Shown here: positions 11,791 to 30,560 of the stretch, one piece after another | Numbering within the stretch: the stretch's first letter is position 1 | How the letters are laid out: every line of letters begins with the position of its first letter | Source of the DNA: the human T2T-CHM13v2.0 reference genome, Homo sapiens | DNA length: 64,000 bases | Assembly: GCF_009914755.1 (NCBI RefSeq) | Contig: NC_060936.1 | Direction: 5' to 3' (one strand) | Translations under genes and position numbers: made by a program | The notes under the pieces: model-generated | What the model saw: only the letters and a program-made list of their open reading frames with translations | Told to the model about the DNA's origin: nothing | Database searches by the model: none

Positions 11791-12622
11791 ATGATGCAGC
11801 ATCTTTTTTAGGTTGTCCTTTTGAGGGAATCTGTGAAGATTTTGTTTGTTTATATTTATGCTTGAAAAATCATATAGCAAAACTTAACTACTGTTCTTGG
11901 AGGAGGAGGAAAGCAGGTATTGATCTTTATGTTACTGGTGCTTTTAAATTCCTTAGCTCTACCTGGCCTTTGCCTAACATTTTAATTTTGTGACCCATCA
12001 CCCAAATGCCAATCTTTCTGAACTGCTTATTTTCAGAATCTGCTAAGATCCTTGTCTCATCTTTGCATGTATCTAGAAAGCATATTTTCTTTTGGTGGAT
12101 CTCATATATAATTCTTATAGTATTTATTTATCATATTGAAATTGTTTATATATTTTGTCTAATCCATTAGTCTTTGGAAAGTTCACTATGGTGTAATAGA
12201 ATACTATACAATGAAAAGGAGCACCAAGGCAGAACCCTTGAGTTCTAGATTACCCAATTTTCTGAGCTTTGAGTAAGGAACTTAATCTATAATGCTCATT
12301 TATTAGCAATATGTCTTACTGATTTAGGATTGTTGAAGATCCACTGAAATACTATGTGAATGTACTTTGAAAAATGTTAAGTGTTATATAAAATATAACA
12401 GAATACTTAAATATTCATTTAGAAGGCTATAAATTGTCACCTATTACAAATGGAATATATTAAACTTAGTTGGATTTTAGGAGCTTTTTGCTTTGTCAAC
12501 TTAATTTCTCAAATCTTAACAGGGGAGCTTTTCAGTTTGAAGAAACATTGTCAGAAGCTCTTAATATTTTATTTGGAAGATGATTATGCCTTTGACAGGT
12601 AGCAGGCTTAATTTTATATGTA

Positions 12623-12946
12623 GTTTTTTTTTTATTGTTGTTGTTTTTGATGGGGTCTTGCTCTGTCGCCCAGGCTGGAGTGCAGTGGCGTGATCTTGGG
12701 ATCTTGGCTCACTGAAACCTCCACCTCCTGTGTTCAAGCGATTCTCCTGCCTCAGCCTCCAGAGTAGCTGGGATTACAGGCACCCACAACCACACCCGGC
12801 TAATTTTTTTTTTTTTTTTGTATTTTTAATAGAGACAGAGTTTCACCGTGTTGGACAGGCTGGTCTCAAACTCCTGACCTCAGGTGATCCACCTGCCTTG
12901 GCCTCTTAAAGTGCTGGGATTACAGGCATGAGCCGCCGTTCCTGGT
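12623..12946 (-). mobile_element. AluS
   Basis: TSD TATATGTAGTTTTT. Confidence 0.9.
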
Positions 12947-13770
12947 CTATATGTAGTTTTTAAAAGATTGGTTATTTGTGATTTTTACATAAGAGGAAAA
13001 GCATCAGTAAGCTGTGGTTTTGTGGCCAACTTAATTGATCATATAATATCTCCACCTTCACTTACATTAATTTAGATTTTTCAGGTGGGGTTTCATAAAT
13101 AATTTACTTTTTAGTGTTGTGACTTGAATCTTGGCTTTGCCAAATTACCATATTAAATACATTATGCTAAATGAATATGTTGGAATGATTTTTTAGAAGA
13201 GTCCTCAGATAAGCTGTTAGTCATAACAAGCAAATAATTTTCTCAGGAATGTAAGAATTCTTAAGAATTTTAACAGTTTGAATTTAAGAGTGTTTGGAAA
13301 TTTGCTTGTTGTAATCATCATACTCAGGTTAGTTAAGAAAAACCACAGTCATTCCTGCAGATACCTTTTGTGCAGCTGAGGTTCAGCTTCTCAGAGACAA
13401 TATTATTTTTGTCAGTAGATACGTGGTAGATGGTCTAGTTAACCAAACACACACTAATGTATAAACCAAACAGTGAGAGATGAAATTAATTAGTGAATCA
13501 AATGATTAATGTGCACATTCTCTGTTACTAGATAGAGATTAACAGATTTCTTGGGATAAGATCATTTTCATGGCTAAGAGTTTTGAGCTACATAACCTGA
13601 TATATCTATCTTTATGTGGATCATCTCCTTCCATGGACTGGTAGATTATTGTGGATTAAGGTAAATCGGGAAATGCAACAGATTTATCTCTTTAACATGC
13701 TAAAGAGTTACTAGATATCATTGTCATATTAAAATGTTCTTTGAACTCTCCATATTGCCCCTCTCACACA

Positions 13771-14428
<658 letters not shown>

Positions 14429-14564
14429 TTCTTATGTGTAGAAAGTAGAGAGTAACTGAAGAGTTGAGTTTTAAACAGAGAAGTTAATTGGTTAGATTTG
14501 CATAGCAGTAATTGCCCAAAAATAGATTAAAGGCATACAGGGGGAAGTGTAGAGATTCCAGTAG

Positions 14565-14908
<344 letters not shown>

Positions 14909-14939
14909 GTATTTTTATCTTTTGGTTCTGTTTACTTTG

Positions 14940-15552
<613 letters not shown>

Positions 15553-15559
15553 TAGTTAG

Positions 15560-16060
15560 GATATGAGTGTGAGATTTTTAGGACCTAAACTAGGGAGATA
15601 ATAGAAGGAATAGAACATTTAGATATTTAGGAGATAAAATATTTAGGGTTTAGTGGATAATTTAGTGATTAATTGGTGTTTGGAGGAAAAATGAAGCATG
15701 GATAAGAGGTTAGGGGATGATAGTGCTGTCAACTGAGAGAGAAAAATCAAAGGTTTTTTTTAAGTTTTAAGGTTTTTTGTTTTTTAGATGGGAGGAGGTA
15801 TGGAGATGTATTCAATTGGACATGTTGAGTTTGAGATTCTTATGTAATCTCCAGTAAGAAGTTCAATAGGCAGTTGGATATATTACTAAAACTTGAAGAC
15901 TAGGTCTGAGATGAAGATAAAAGCTGATGATTCCCAAAAATGTCTATATTAGTTGTAGCTGAAATAATGGAAGTAAATGAGATACGCTAGGGAGAGGATA
16001 TGAAGAGATAGAAAAATTAGAGAGAGGGAGAGGGAAGAGTAATGGTCCTCAGGCAAAATA
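15560..16060 (+). mobile_element. L2-like fragment
   Basis: TTGGACATGTTGAGTTTGAG...AATAGGCAGTTGGATAT; purine-rich. Confidence 0.5.
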
Positions 16061-16221
16061 GTAACAATTACCAAGGGAATAAAATTTCAAGAAAATAATA
16101 CATCAGAGAAGTTCTATTTTCATAGTAGTAATTGTGGAGAATGAATTTAACAAGTAGTAAAGAAATGTAGTAGTTAGGCTGTTGAAATTGTTGCACTTGG
16201 CTATTAACAAATCATTAACAC

Positions 16222-16689
<468 letters not shown>

Positions 16690-16730
16690 TCACTATCTAA
16701 TACAATATCCACCAGCCTCACGTGGCTATT

Positions 16731-16993
16731 TCGCTCTTGCCACCCAGGCTGGAGTGCAGTGGCGTGATCTTGGCTCACTGTAACCTCTGCCTGCCAGGTT
16801 CAAGCAATTCTGCCTCAGCCTCCTGAGTAGCTGGGATTACAGGCACGTGCCACCACACCCAGCTAATTTTGTATTTTTAGTAGAGACAGGGTTTTGCCAT
16901 GTTGGCCAGGCTGGTCTGGAACTCCTCAGGTGATCCACCCATCTCAGTCTTCCAAAGTGCTGGGAGTACAGGTGTGAGCCACTGCGTCCAGCC
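16731..16993 (-). mobile_element. Tail-less AluS inside MER3
   Basis: No poly(T) on the + strand; GTGGCTATTT duplicated on both sides. Confidence 0.88.
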
Positions 16994-17128
16994 TTTATGT
17001 GGCTATTTAAATTTAAATAAATTAAAATGAAATTTTTAGAACTTCATTGTCTTGTACTAGCCACATTTCAAGTGCTCAGTGACAACATGTGGCTACGATA
17101 TTGGATTGCACAGATAAAGAACATTTTC

Positions 17129-17419
17129 AGGCTGGGCATGGTGGCTTATACCTGTAATCTCAATACTTTGGAAGGCTGAGGCAGGAGGATTGCTTGGGCC
17201 CAGGAGTTCAAGACCAGCCTGGGCAACATAGCAAGACCCTGTCTACAAAAAATTAAAAAATTAGCTGGGCCTGGTGGTGTGCATCTGTAACCCCAGCTAC
17301 TTTAAGAGACTGAACTGGGTGGATTGCTTGAGCTGGGGAGGTCAGGGCTGCAGTGAGGCTTGATCATGCCACTTGCACTTCAGCCTAGGTGACAGAGCTA
17401 TGACCCTGTCTCAAAAACA
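17129..17419 (+). mobile_element. AluJ
   Basis: GGAGGATTGCTTG diagnostic. Confidence 0.85.
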
Positions 17420-17511
17420 ATTTTTTTTTAATCATTGCAGAAAATTCTTTTGGAATGTGCTGTATCCAGATCTTGGGTCAAGTTGTGCTTTTAAAAAATA
17501 TAACGATATGA

Positions 17512-17657
17512 GGACTGTGCATGGTGGCTCATACTTCTAATCTCAGCACTTCTGGGAGGCCGAGGTGAGAGCATTGCTTGAGGCCAGGAGTTTAAGACTA
17601 GGCTGGGCAATGTAGCAAGATCTGGGTCTCCAAAAAATTTTAAAAATAAAAATAATA
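17512..17657 (+). mobile_element. FLAM / Alu left monomer
   Basis: Single arm plus A-rich tail. Confidence 0.75.
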
Positions 17658-17965
17658 ACTTTATCCAAAAAGTTCAACTTTAACCATAAAGTTCATCCTT
17701 TTAAAGTATATAGAGTGTTGTTTTTAGAACTGAAGTTACACATTTAAATATGTATACTCTATTAATAAAGAAAAAATAGTTATTTTTTGGGAAACTGTAC
17801 AAAGGATGTTATCACATACATGCAGAATTAATAAAGGTTAACAATATGTCATAGTTACTCAAAATATTTGGTGACCTTACAGTTTCAGAAGAAGGGAAAA
17901 TTTGCAGTGGGTTTAATGAGTGGATGAGAGGAAGTTTAGAAAGTAGAGACAATAAGTGTAGGCTG

Positions 17966-18159
17966 GGGTGAGGGTTGAAAAATTACATATTGGATACAAT
18001 GTTCACTATTTGGGTGATAAGGCGATAAGGTTAGGTAACTAGAAACCCTAACCTCACCATTATGCAGTATATCCATGTAACAAACTTGCACATGTACCCC
18101 TGAATCCATAATAAAATATATGTATGTAAATAAAAATTAAAAAATAAAACCATGAACAA
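17966..18159 (+). mobile_element. 5'-truncated L1PB-like 3' end
   Basis: AGGGTTGAAAAATTAC...CATGTAACAAACTTGCACATGTACCCC; perfect 15-bp TSD AATAAGTGTAGGCTG at 17951-17965 and 18160-18174. Confidence 0.85.
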
Positions 18160-18351
18160 AATAAGTGTAGGCTGTTTATTCTGGTAATTTTAAATGAATA
18201 AGTTCAGGGAAGGTTGGGTACAAGGATGAGATGGATAGATGAGCTGGAAAAGGTCTTTAAAAGTTGAAACATTGAACTGTCATGTTTTGTCTGCTTTGGT
18301 ATCTATCATAAGTCTGTTCCAAGCCAATTACTGCTTTAGCTTTGATTATTC

Positions 18352-18942
<591 letters not shown>

Positions 18943-19098
18943 TAGATGTTCTTTAGATTAAAATAGTTCATTGTGGTCAAACAGGTTCATGCTCTCTTAC
19001 ACCAGGGGTAATCCATACTTGGACACACAAGAGCTTATGTCAAAATATGGCAGATTTCTTAAAATATTCCTGTTGTGGCAGACTTTCTGGGTTGATAG

Positions 19099-19402
<304 letters not shown>

Positions 19403-19978
19403 GGGTTGATAGGGGTTTTCAGCCTTACCTACACATGCAAATCTCCTTTCCCTCTGTAATCCCCAAATTTAGACTTTAATTCTCCTGTCTTTCAAGGGGA
19501 GTTGCCTTACTCTGTGTGGGTTCAGGGTGAGGGAAACTTTTCAGCCAGTTTATGTCATTGAAGTACATTGAAGTTTATCAGGGAATTTCTAATAATAGTA
19601 AACTTAAAATGGAAGGCCTTGGAGTTGTAGTTGTTTACCAGAAGAGTTTTTGGCTTTTTCTGCATACTTCTACACACCTCTTACCTCCCTTCCTAATTGA
19701 TAGAGACAGATTTTTATCAGGTCACACATGGAATCTGCTACTCCCTTTGAATTCAGGTCTGTTTGCTTCAACGACGTAACTGAGAAGGACCACTCTAGAT
19801 GGCTCCTTTCTACCTAGACATGCTCTTTTCTACCTAGACAAAAAAAGCCACCAGCCATTAATAAATGGTAAACTATCAACTTAAATATTTGTTCTGCCTA
19901 CCCAGGCACCCTACTACATAGAGGGGCTAGTTTAGGTTTTAGTTTGGTGACAAATTGTTTGTGTTGCATTGTATCAGG

Positions 19979-20339
<361 letters not shown>

Positions 20340-20653
20340 TAAGTGGGGAGCATAGAGATATTTTGCTAGTGATCATCCTCTGGCTAAAGCATAGTTTGAT
20401 TTCTGTGATAAGAATCTTGACCATATTCTATCCCTCTTAGAAGGGCAGAAGTGAAACTGCCATATTACCCATAAATACCACTATTATAGGCTTTCACAAA
20501 TCTGTATTTACTGAGTGTGTACTTGGTGTGAATACCTCATTAATGTTTTAAACATCTGCCATTCTTATTCTCTTAATGAGTAAAGTTAACTTCTTCAACA
20601 ACCAGTACTTAGCTAAATATTACACAATATAATTTTTCCCTTTCTTCATGTAA

Positions 20654-20958
<305 letters not shown>

Positions 20959-21060
20959 CTGGATGTAGTATTTAAAGAAAAAACAAAAAACTCTTTACTG
21001 TGAAATACTTTCAAACATAACAGTTGTCCCAGATTTGGCTAGAAGCTACCTTCCGTTTCC

Positions 21061-21353
<293 letters not shown>

Positions 21354-21572
21354 CCTTCTGCATCCTTGTTATTAACATGTCCCTATCATTTTTTTATGAC
21401 ATCCTTACTTTCTGTAGAAGATGTTCTCAGTTCATTTTATTATTTCCCCACCCCAGTCCTGCAGCAGCAATTTCTCCTGGAGCCCTGGTTCTTTTTATTG
21501 TAGAAAGGTATTCAGAAAAATCTGGGTGCCAGGTGTGCTCGGCTACTGGGCCTGTTTTCGGTGAAGAATTAG

Positions 21573-22182
<610 letters not shown>

Positions 22183-22231
22183 GTTAGGAAATATTTATAA
22201 GTAAGCATGTGTGTTTTGGATTTTGAAAATT

Positions 22232-22402
22232 TAGTATGAAAAAGAAAAGCATTTGTTTTCAAAAAATTGGATTACATATTGAAATGATGATGTTTAGATA
22301 TATTTGTTAAATATATTAATCTGTTTCTTTTTACATTTTTAATGTGACTACTAGAAAATTAAATTTCATTTAGCTCACATTATGTTTCTGTTAACCATCG
22401 CT
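22232..22402 (-). mobile_element. MER33-like fragment
   Basis: TTTTAATGTGACTACTAGAAAATT...GCTCACATTATGTTTCTGTT. Confidence 0.55.
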
Positions 22403-22826
22403 AATTTAGACTATTCTATTAAAATGCTGTGAAAGTTGATGCTACAGCAAATTTACTACTTCCTTTTAAAAAATATCTTAATACCTTCCTTTTTGTGGTT
22501 TCTTGCATTAGCATCCTCTACAGGCCATAATTCTTTGCTGTTGCTGAACACAGAAATTTGGGGTTTTAAACTCTTAGTGGTTTGTGATGCTTTTCATACC
22601 AGATTGTTAAGAAAATTGGAATCCTCATCCTTTAAAATATTATCTTTTGTTATTTGCCAGCATGTCCGGTAATCAGAAATGGCATTTCTTTATGGCTTTG
22701 TTCTTTGAGAACTTTAATTGTTGTTAAGAGAATATTAGAAGTGTTTACTATAAATATCTTGAAATATTTGGGAAATATTTTGGTTTATTTCAGATAAACT
22801 GCTAGTGTATGTTTGGAATACGTTAA

Positions 22827-23147
<321 letters not shown>

Positions 23148-23337
23148 GCTTTATATTCTTTAGTAATTTCTGGCCATTGTGGCTCCTTAAGCTTGTTAAT
23201 TAATTTAGTGTCCATATTCATATCTTAATGATACTGAGAAATTGGTTAAATTGGTTTTTGGTGTCTGTCTCTTGCTTATGAAAGATAAACTGTAGTTCAG
23301 CTATTTATTAGCATTGAGTTTTTCTAGAATAGTTAAA

Positions 23338-23786
23338 TTTTTTTGTTTGTTTTTGAGACAGGGTCTTATTCTGCCCCCTGGGTTCAAGCGATTCTCCTGA
23401 CCCAGCCTCCTGAGTAGCTGGGATTACAGGGGTATGCCACCACGTCCAGCTAATTTTTGTATTTTTAGTAGAGACACGGTTTCACCATATTGGCCCGGTT
23501 GATCTCGAACTCCTGACCTCAGGTGATCTGCCCGCCTCGGCCTCCCAAAGTGTTGGGATTACAGGCATGAGCCTCTGCACCCAGCCTTAACTGCTTTATT
23601 TTAATAAAGTTGTAATATATTTGAGATGGCAAGACCATTCTCTTCAGACTGTTAATGGTAATTTTTTAAAATTATTTTTTATTTTTAGACTGGGTTGCAC
23701 ACTGTCACCTAGGCTGGTCTTGAACTTCTAGCTTCAAGCAATCCTCCTGTTTCAGCCTCCCAAAGTATTGGGATTACAGGCTTGAG
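23338..23786 (-). mobile_element. Internally deleted Alu (23338-23586) plus an Alu monomer (23674-23786)
   Basis: Alu motifs with a gap in the right arm, then a separate left arm. Confidence 0.8.
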
Positions 23787-24256
23787 AAACCCTCTTAATT
23801 TAAGGACTGCAGAAGCTTACTTTTTTTTTTTGCATAAGGGCCTTTGATAGTCATTGTTTATGGCTACAAACTAATTTGATTTTGACTAAATTATCTGAGT
23901 TATAAACTTCATTTATTTCCACCTTAGTTATTGTAACCATCCTTAATTCATACACAAAAAAGATGCTTTAAAAAATTAGTAAAACACTCTCGTTATAAAA
24001 ATTAGGAAATTAGAGGAGGAAAAAGGAAATAAAAAATCACCTGCAGTCAGTATCTTTATCCAGAGATAAGCATTGTTACTGTGTATGACACACTGGTTTC
24101 TGTGTGTTTGAACTCTGTTTTTATAGTTATCGTTATATTGTATGGTTGTACAGTTTGCCTGTTTTACCACATAGCAAAAGCATTTTCCCATTTAAGATCT
24201 TGAGGTTTTTAGATTAAAAAGCAGCAAAATATTTGTACACAGTAATCATAATTGGG

Positions 24257-24288
<32 letters not shown>

Positions 24289-24332
24289 GTGTGTGTATGT
24301 ATAGGGGTGTGTGTATGTGTATGTATGTATGT
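24257..24332. repeat. Compound (TG)/(TATG) microsatellite
   Basis: GTGTGT...GTATGTATGT runs. Confidence 0.9.
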
Positions 24333-24406
24333 ATGCCACCATACAGCAGCGTAATTATGTGTATACATACGTATGCACACACGGTTATGTTGCTGTATGG
24401 TGGCAT
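24333..24406 (+). repeat. 74-bp near-perfect inverted repeat / hairpin
   Basis: ATGCCACCATACAGCA (24333-24348) is the exact reverse complement of 24391-24406, and pairing continues inward. Confidence 0.95.
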
Positions 24407-24831
24407 CATTTGCCTGATTTACCTTATAGAAAAACCATTTCCCACATTAAAATTTTGAAGTTATATATAAAAAACACTTGAATTCTTGAGTATATATTAT
24501 TTTTTTAATTCTCAGTAAGAGAAAATTAGAATGTTTGTCCCACAGATGCAAACATTTAGTTAGAACTAAATCTAGTAAATTGATCATTGATACATTTGAT
24601 TGCTCTGAACAGAAGTTTAGAAGTCATGGTTGATATATTACAAAGCTAAATTATTTTTTTCACTTCCAGTCTTTGTTCAGAGATTTGCAAGAAAGTCCAT
24701 TCACTGCTTCGCATATAATTTGGGGTATTATCAGTAGTTTGTTTTTAGAACAGTGGTACTGTGTGGTTCAGAAATTTGTAAAAGCCAAGTGTTAGGGTGT
24801 TTAATAACAGTACATTGTAAGTTCTTTGAGG

Positions 24832-25139
<308 letters not shown>

Positions 25140-27301
25140 TTAGTTTCGTATATTGACTAAGCTATAGGGGGAAAAGCCTTACTGTGCCTTTTCCACTTCC
25201 TACCCACTCAAGATAACCTAAGTTGGCTTCCTTTATTTAAAGTGTTAAATCTACTCTAGAGCATACCAAAGATATTTTGAAAATATAGGAAATTCTTAAT
25301 GCATTTAAAAGGAACTACTTCCCAATCAGTTTTTTTCCCATCATAGAAGTAATGTATACTCAGAGATATCTTAAAAAACAAGGAAAAATAAAAACCAAAA
25401 TAACCCCACTGAAGTTTCATCACTAAAAGACAATGTCGATATAGCATTTAGAATGTTTGCCTGTTCCTCCCTCTCATGATGGATTTTAATATTTATTCAC
25501 CAAATGTTTATTGTACTCCTATGTGCTTGAGGCTGTCTCAGGTAGCAAATAGAGAAAAAAATTCTGCCCTTGTGAAACTTATGTTTCAGTGGGATCATAG
25601 GTGTATGTTTGCAATTTTATATCCTGAAAATTTTATAATTCAGTATAACATAAGAATTAGTATAAATATTTTTAATAGCTGCTTGACAGTTCCTTATGTG
25701 CATATGCCATAATTTCCTTCATTTCCCCACAGTGTTAAGTATGTTATTTTTGCTATTGTAAATATAGTGGGCGAGGGTCTTACTCCACAAGGTTGTAACC
25801 ATGAAATAATATTTCTGTTTTATGAAAACCAAATTTAATCTGTGTTGTATCCTTACCTAATTGAGTTGGCCATTATTTCCCTGCACAAATCCCCCTCCCT
25901 CTAATCCTTGGTGAGCTTCTTACATTCCAGAACTTTATCAGGAAAGGGCTTTCCTCCAGTCTTTCACCTACACCGCTTGTCATTGACATGCCCATTTATG
26001 TAAGTCTGGAAGGTTTCTTTAAGGCCTCGTTACAGAGAATATTGGGTAATAGGATCTTTGCACAATTTTCCGAAGGAAAGTTTTTACCATTATTGTCTCT
26101 CCCTTCTCCCTGCAGCTCCCAAGGAGGGTGAGTGTATTGATCTTTTCTGGATGAATCCTCTAATCCCTTCCTTTCCTCCAGCATCTACCTCTCAAACTCC
26201 ATTCTCATCCCCTCCCTCTTGAGTATAATCCAACCAGACTCCTTCCTTTGGGCCTGGACTTTCTCAGACAGAAGCCAGCTGAGGAGACTGTCTTCTAATT
26301 GCTGGTTCTAAAATAACAGTCTTGAGGCTAGAGGCCCACAAGGGCTTGGAATAGGAGAAGGGAATTTGCCTACTTAGCCTTGTGAACAAAACACTGATCA
26401 GTACCTCAGATTTCACTGTTTAGAACTATTTTCTTAGGATTAAATTTCAGAAATGGAATTACTGGTTCTAAGGGCATGATAAGGGCATGAACATTTAAAT
26501 ACTTTCTATTCATTGTAAGATTGTTTTCCAGAAGAGTTATATAGATTTTCAGTGTCCCAAGTGAGAGTTCTTATTTTATTAACCCCATTTATCAATACTG
26601 TTAAATATTTCATAAACTATAGTTTATGTCTGCAGAACTTCCCCCATATGCTTTGATAATAATAACTAATTGTATTTCCTCTTTTGTCTTTTGTTATATT
26701 TTTGCCTTCAGGTGCTTTTCTCCCCTAACCAGTTTTCATAAGTTCCTTATATCAGAATGAATCCTTTTATATTTTCTGCAAATATTTTTCAATGCCGAGA
26801 ATTTAATGTCAATAGTATATCACTGTTTATACCATCAAATTGGTTAGTCATCTTAATTCTGTTTTTCTTTTTTTCATTTAAGTATAGTGAATCTTTGAAC
26901 TTGATAGGTGAATTTCTGGTTTTTTATCTTCTTGATATTGGTGTTTAAAATGGATTTATCTTCATGGATATATTTATGTTATAGTATTAAAATCTGAAAT
27001 TGAACTTAGTATACAAAAAATAGATTTTTAAAATGTTTATACTAGCTCCTTATCAATGTTTAAAATTTTGCTTTTGCAGTTACAATAATGGTTATTCCCT
27101 TATTTCTGTATTTACTAGTAGAGAGTAAATTAAGACATTACTGAATACAATGAGATAAATGGCTTATCAAGTAATAGTCTTTCTTGTAACACAAATGAGT
27201 TCTTAGATCAGTTGTCTTTAAATTTGTCTTGTTATGGCAAGTTGTGTTTTCAGTGGCAACTTTTTTTAGGGCCTAACGTAAAGTTTGATCAGAAGTTTGA
27301 C

Positions 27302-27537
27302 GTGTAATCCCAGCACTTTGGGAGGCCAAAGCCAGAGAGGATCACTTAAGGCCAAGAATTTGAGACCAGCCTGAGCAACATAGCAAGACCTCATCTCTGC
27401 AAAAAAAAATTAACATATTAGCTGAGTGAGGTGGTACATGCCTGGAGTCCTAGCTATAGTTCAAGGCTGCAGTGAGCTATGGTCGTGCCACTCTACTCTA
27501 GCCTGGGCAATAGAGCAACACCTTGTCTCAAAAAAAA
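27302..27537 (+). mobile_element. AluJ, partial
   Basis: AAGTTTGA on both sides. Confidence 0.8.
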
Positions 27538-27599
27538 GTTTGAGCTATGTATGTTTGAAGGGCTTGTGTTCTCAAAATGGTGAGAAAAGGGTGGCGATT

Positions 27600-27782
27600 T
27601 GATACTATTTATGAACCAGACACTGTGTTTTATATATATTCTCTTTTATTCTTGTGTCATATATTCTTATGTCACCTGAATGAGGTATCAGTCCCATTTT
27701 ACAGGGTGAAGAGACTGAAATGAAGTAATTTGCCAAGCTTGTGTTCAACAAACGTAGAAGTGGCAGTGGAGCCTAGATCATT
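27600..27782 (-). mobile_element. MIR
   Basis: CCCATTTTACAGGGTGAAGAGACTGA...GTAATTTGCCAAG. Confidence 0.6.
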
Positions 27783-27905
27783 CTTGTTTGTTTGTTTTTC
27801 ATTTTTGTTTTAAAAGCTGAGCATGCTTCTCTTCAAACTTTATGATTACCTTGTAGTGCACGTTAAAACTAATAGCTCAGGTTGTCTGTGACCCCAAAGA
27901 CAATA

Positions 27906-28183
27906 AAGACAGGATCTCATTCTGTGGCCCAGACTGGAGTGAAGTGGCAGGATCATGGCTTACTGCAGCTTTGAACTCCTGGGCTCAAGCAGTCCTTCCC
28001 CTTTAGCCTCCCGAGTAGCTGGGACTACAGGCATGTACCACCATGCCTGGCTAATTTTTAAAAGTTTTTGTAGAGATGGGGTCAAGCTATGTTGCTCAGG
28101 CTGGTCTCCAACTCTTGGCCACAAGTGATCCTTTGCCTCAGCCTCCCAACGTGCTGGGATTACAGGTGTGAGACACTGTGGCC
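27906..28183 (-). mobile_element. AluJ
   Basis: GAACTCCTGGGCTCAAGC. Confidence 0.85.
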
Positions 28184-28248
28184 TTTTTCAGTTTTCAAGC
28201 TGCTGTTTGTTGTTACATTTTAAAAATGTGAAGTTAAAGTCAGATCTC

Positions 28249-28593
<345 letters not shown>

Positions 28594-28955
28594 CAGATCT
28601 TAATGTGTTCTTGCTCTGCGTGGTGTTTGTACCTGGGCTGGTGCTTTGGGAGAGAAGTTGCATTGTATGGTTGTCCAAGGACTTCCAAGAAGACAGTAAA
28701 AGAAAATTAAGATTTATTATAAATTAGAATGTGAACTATAGAGAATTGACCCATAGTGCTATGTTTGAGTCATAATAACTGACTAGTGTTTACAAAGACT
28801 TATTCACACAGAGTAGCTATTCATTCAGAAGTGTTGAAGATAAAAAGACTGTACTAAATGACCTCTTGGTCCCTTTATTGTTACTATTCTGTGATTTATT
28901 GAGAATTATGTGTATATTTAAACTCATTCCATGATGTGCAGTGTTAACTTTTTAG

Positions 28956-29321
<366 letters not shown>

Positions 29322-30136
29322 TGGAATTTTTAAGTAGCTAAAGAATTAGATTTGTTTTTATGTGAAAGATATGATTTTGTCATAGAGTTAGGCACTTGTG
29401 TTACTTTGGACCAAACGTAGTCTGCTAGAATTTTGAGATAGAGCTAGATATGATCTACCATGGAACATAATTCAGCTATGTAATTTCTTAAGTACTAGTA
29501 TATTATGAACTGGGAAGCATTTGAAGAGAAACAGTGAAAGCAAAGCTCCTGGTATTTTTCATGAAATGACAAGTGGTAAATAGTATCTATTAAAATTCAC
29601 TGTAGTTGCTCAGTGAAACACATCAATAGCTACATGGTAGCTATTTAAGAAAAATAACTTACCACAGACTCAGGAAACTTTACAGTGTTTGACTTCCAAC
29701 AGTTTACAGTATTTATCATCTGTGTTTGTTTGCTGTTCAGATATGGTAGATTCGTCATATTAAACACAAGCTTCATGCGGTAAATGTGACTCTAAAACAT
29801 AATCCAAAACTTTGGCAGTGGATGCCTTGTTACTTTAGAAAGACTTTAAACCTCACTTTGTATTTAGTGCTCTAGCTATCAAATCTATAAGTAGTAGCTG
29901 AGTCCTGGTTACTTAAATGATTTAAATGATGATATTCTCACCTAAAAGGGCTCATTTACCAACCTAAGCAATTTCACCTTTTTGCTTATAATTAGGGTTA
30001 AATTGTGCTTAAACTGTTTACTTGACCTGTGGGAAACCAGAAGAAGGCTACTCCCTTATACTACTGAATGTTTAGAATTTTAATACCTGTGATTGTGGTT
30101 TGATGTTTTAGTTTTAAAAGGCATTGAAAATCTTGA

Positions 30137-30560
<424 letters not shown>

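Noticed and set aside
19790-19840. CTCF-like ACTCTAGATGGCT next to a 20-bp imperfect tandem duplication
   Set aside because: Partial motif match only. An insulator has been reported in this intron, but I cannot locate it from sequence alone.
25790-26410. Pyrimidine-rich, compositionally distinct block inside L1 remnants
   Set aside because: Probably an old LTR or other repeat I cannot name; no ORF or structure to support more. A Dfam search would settle it.
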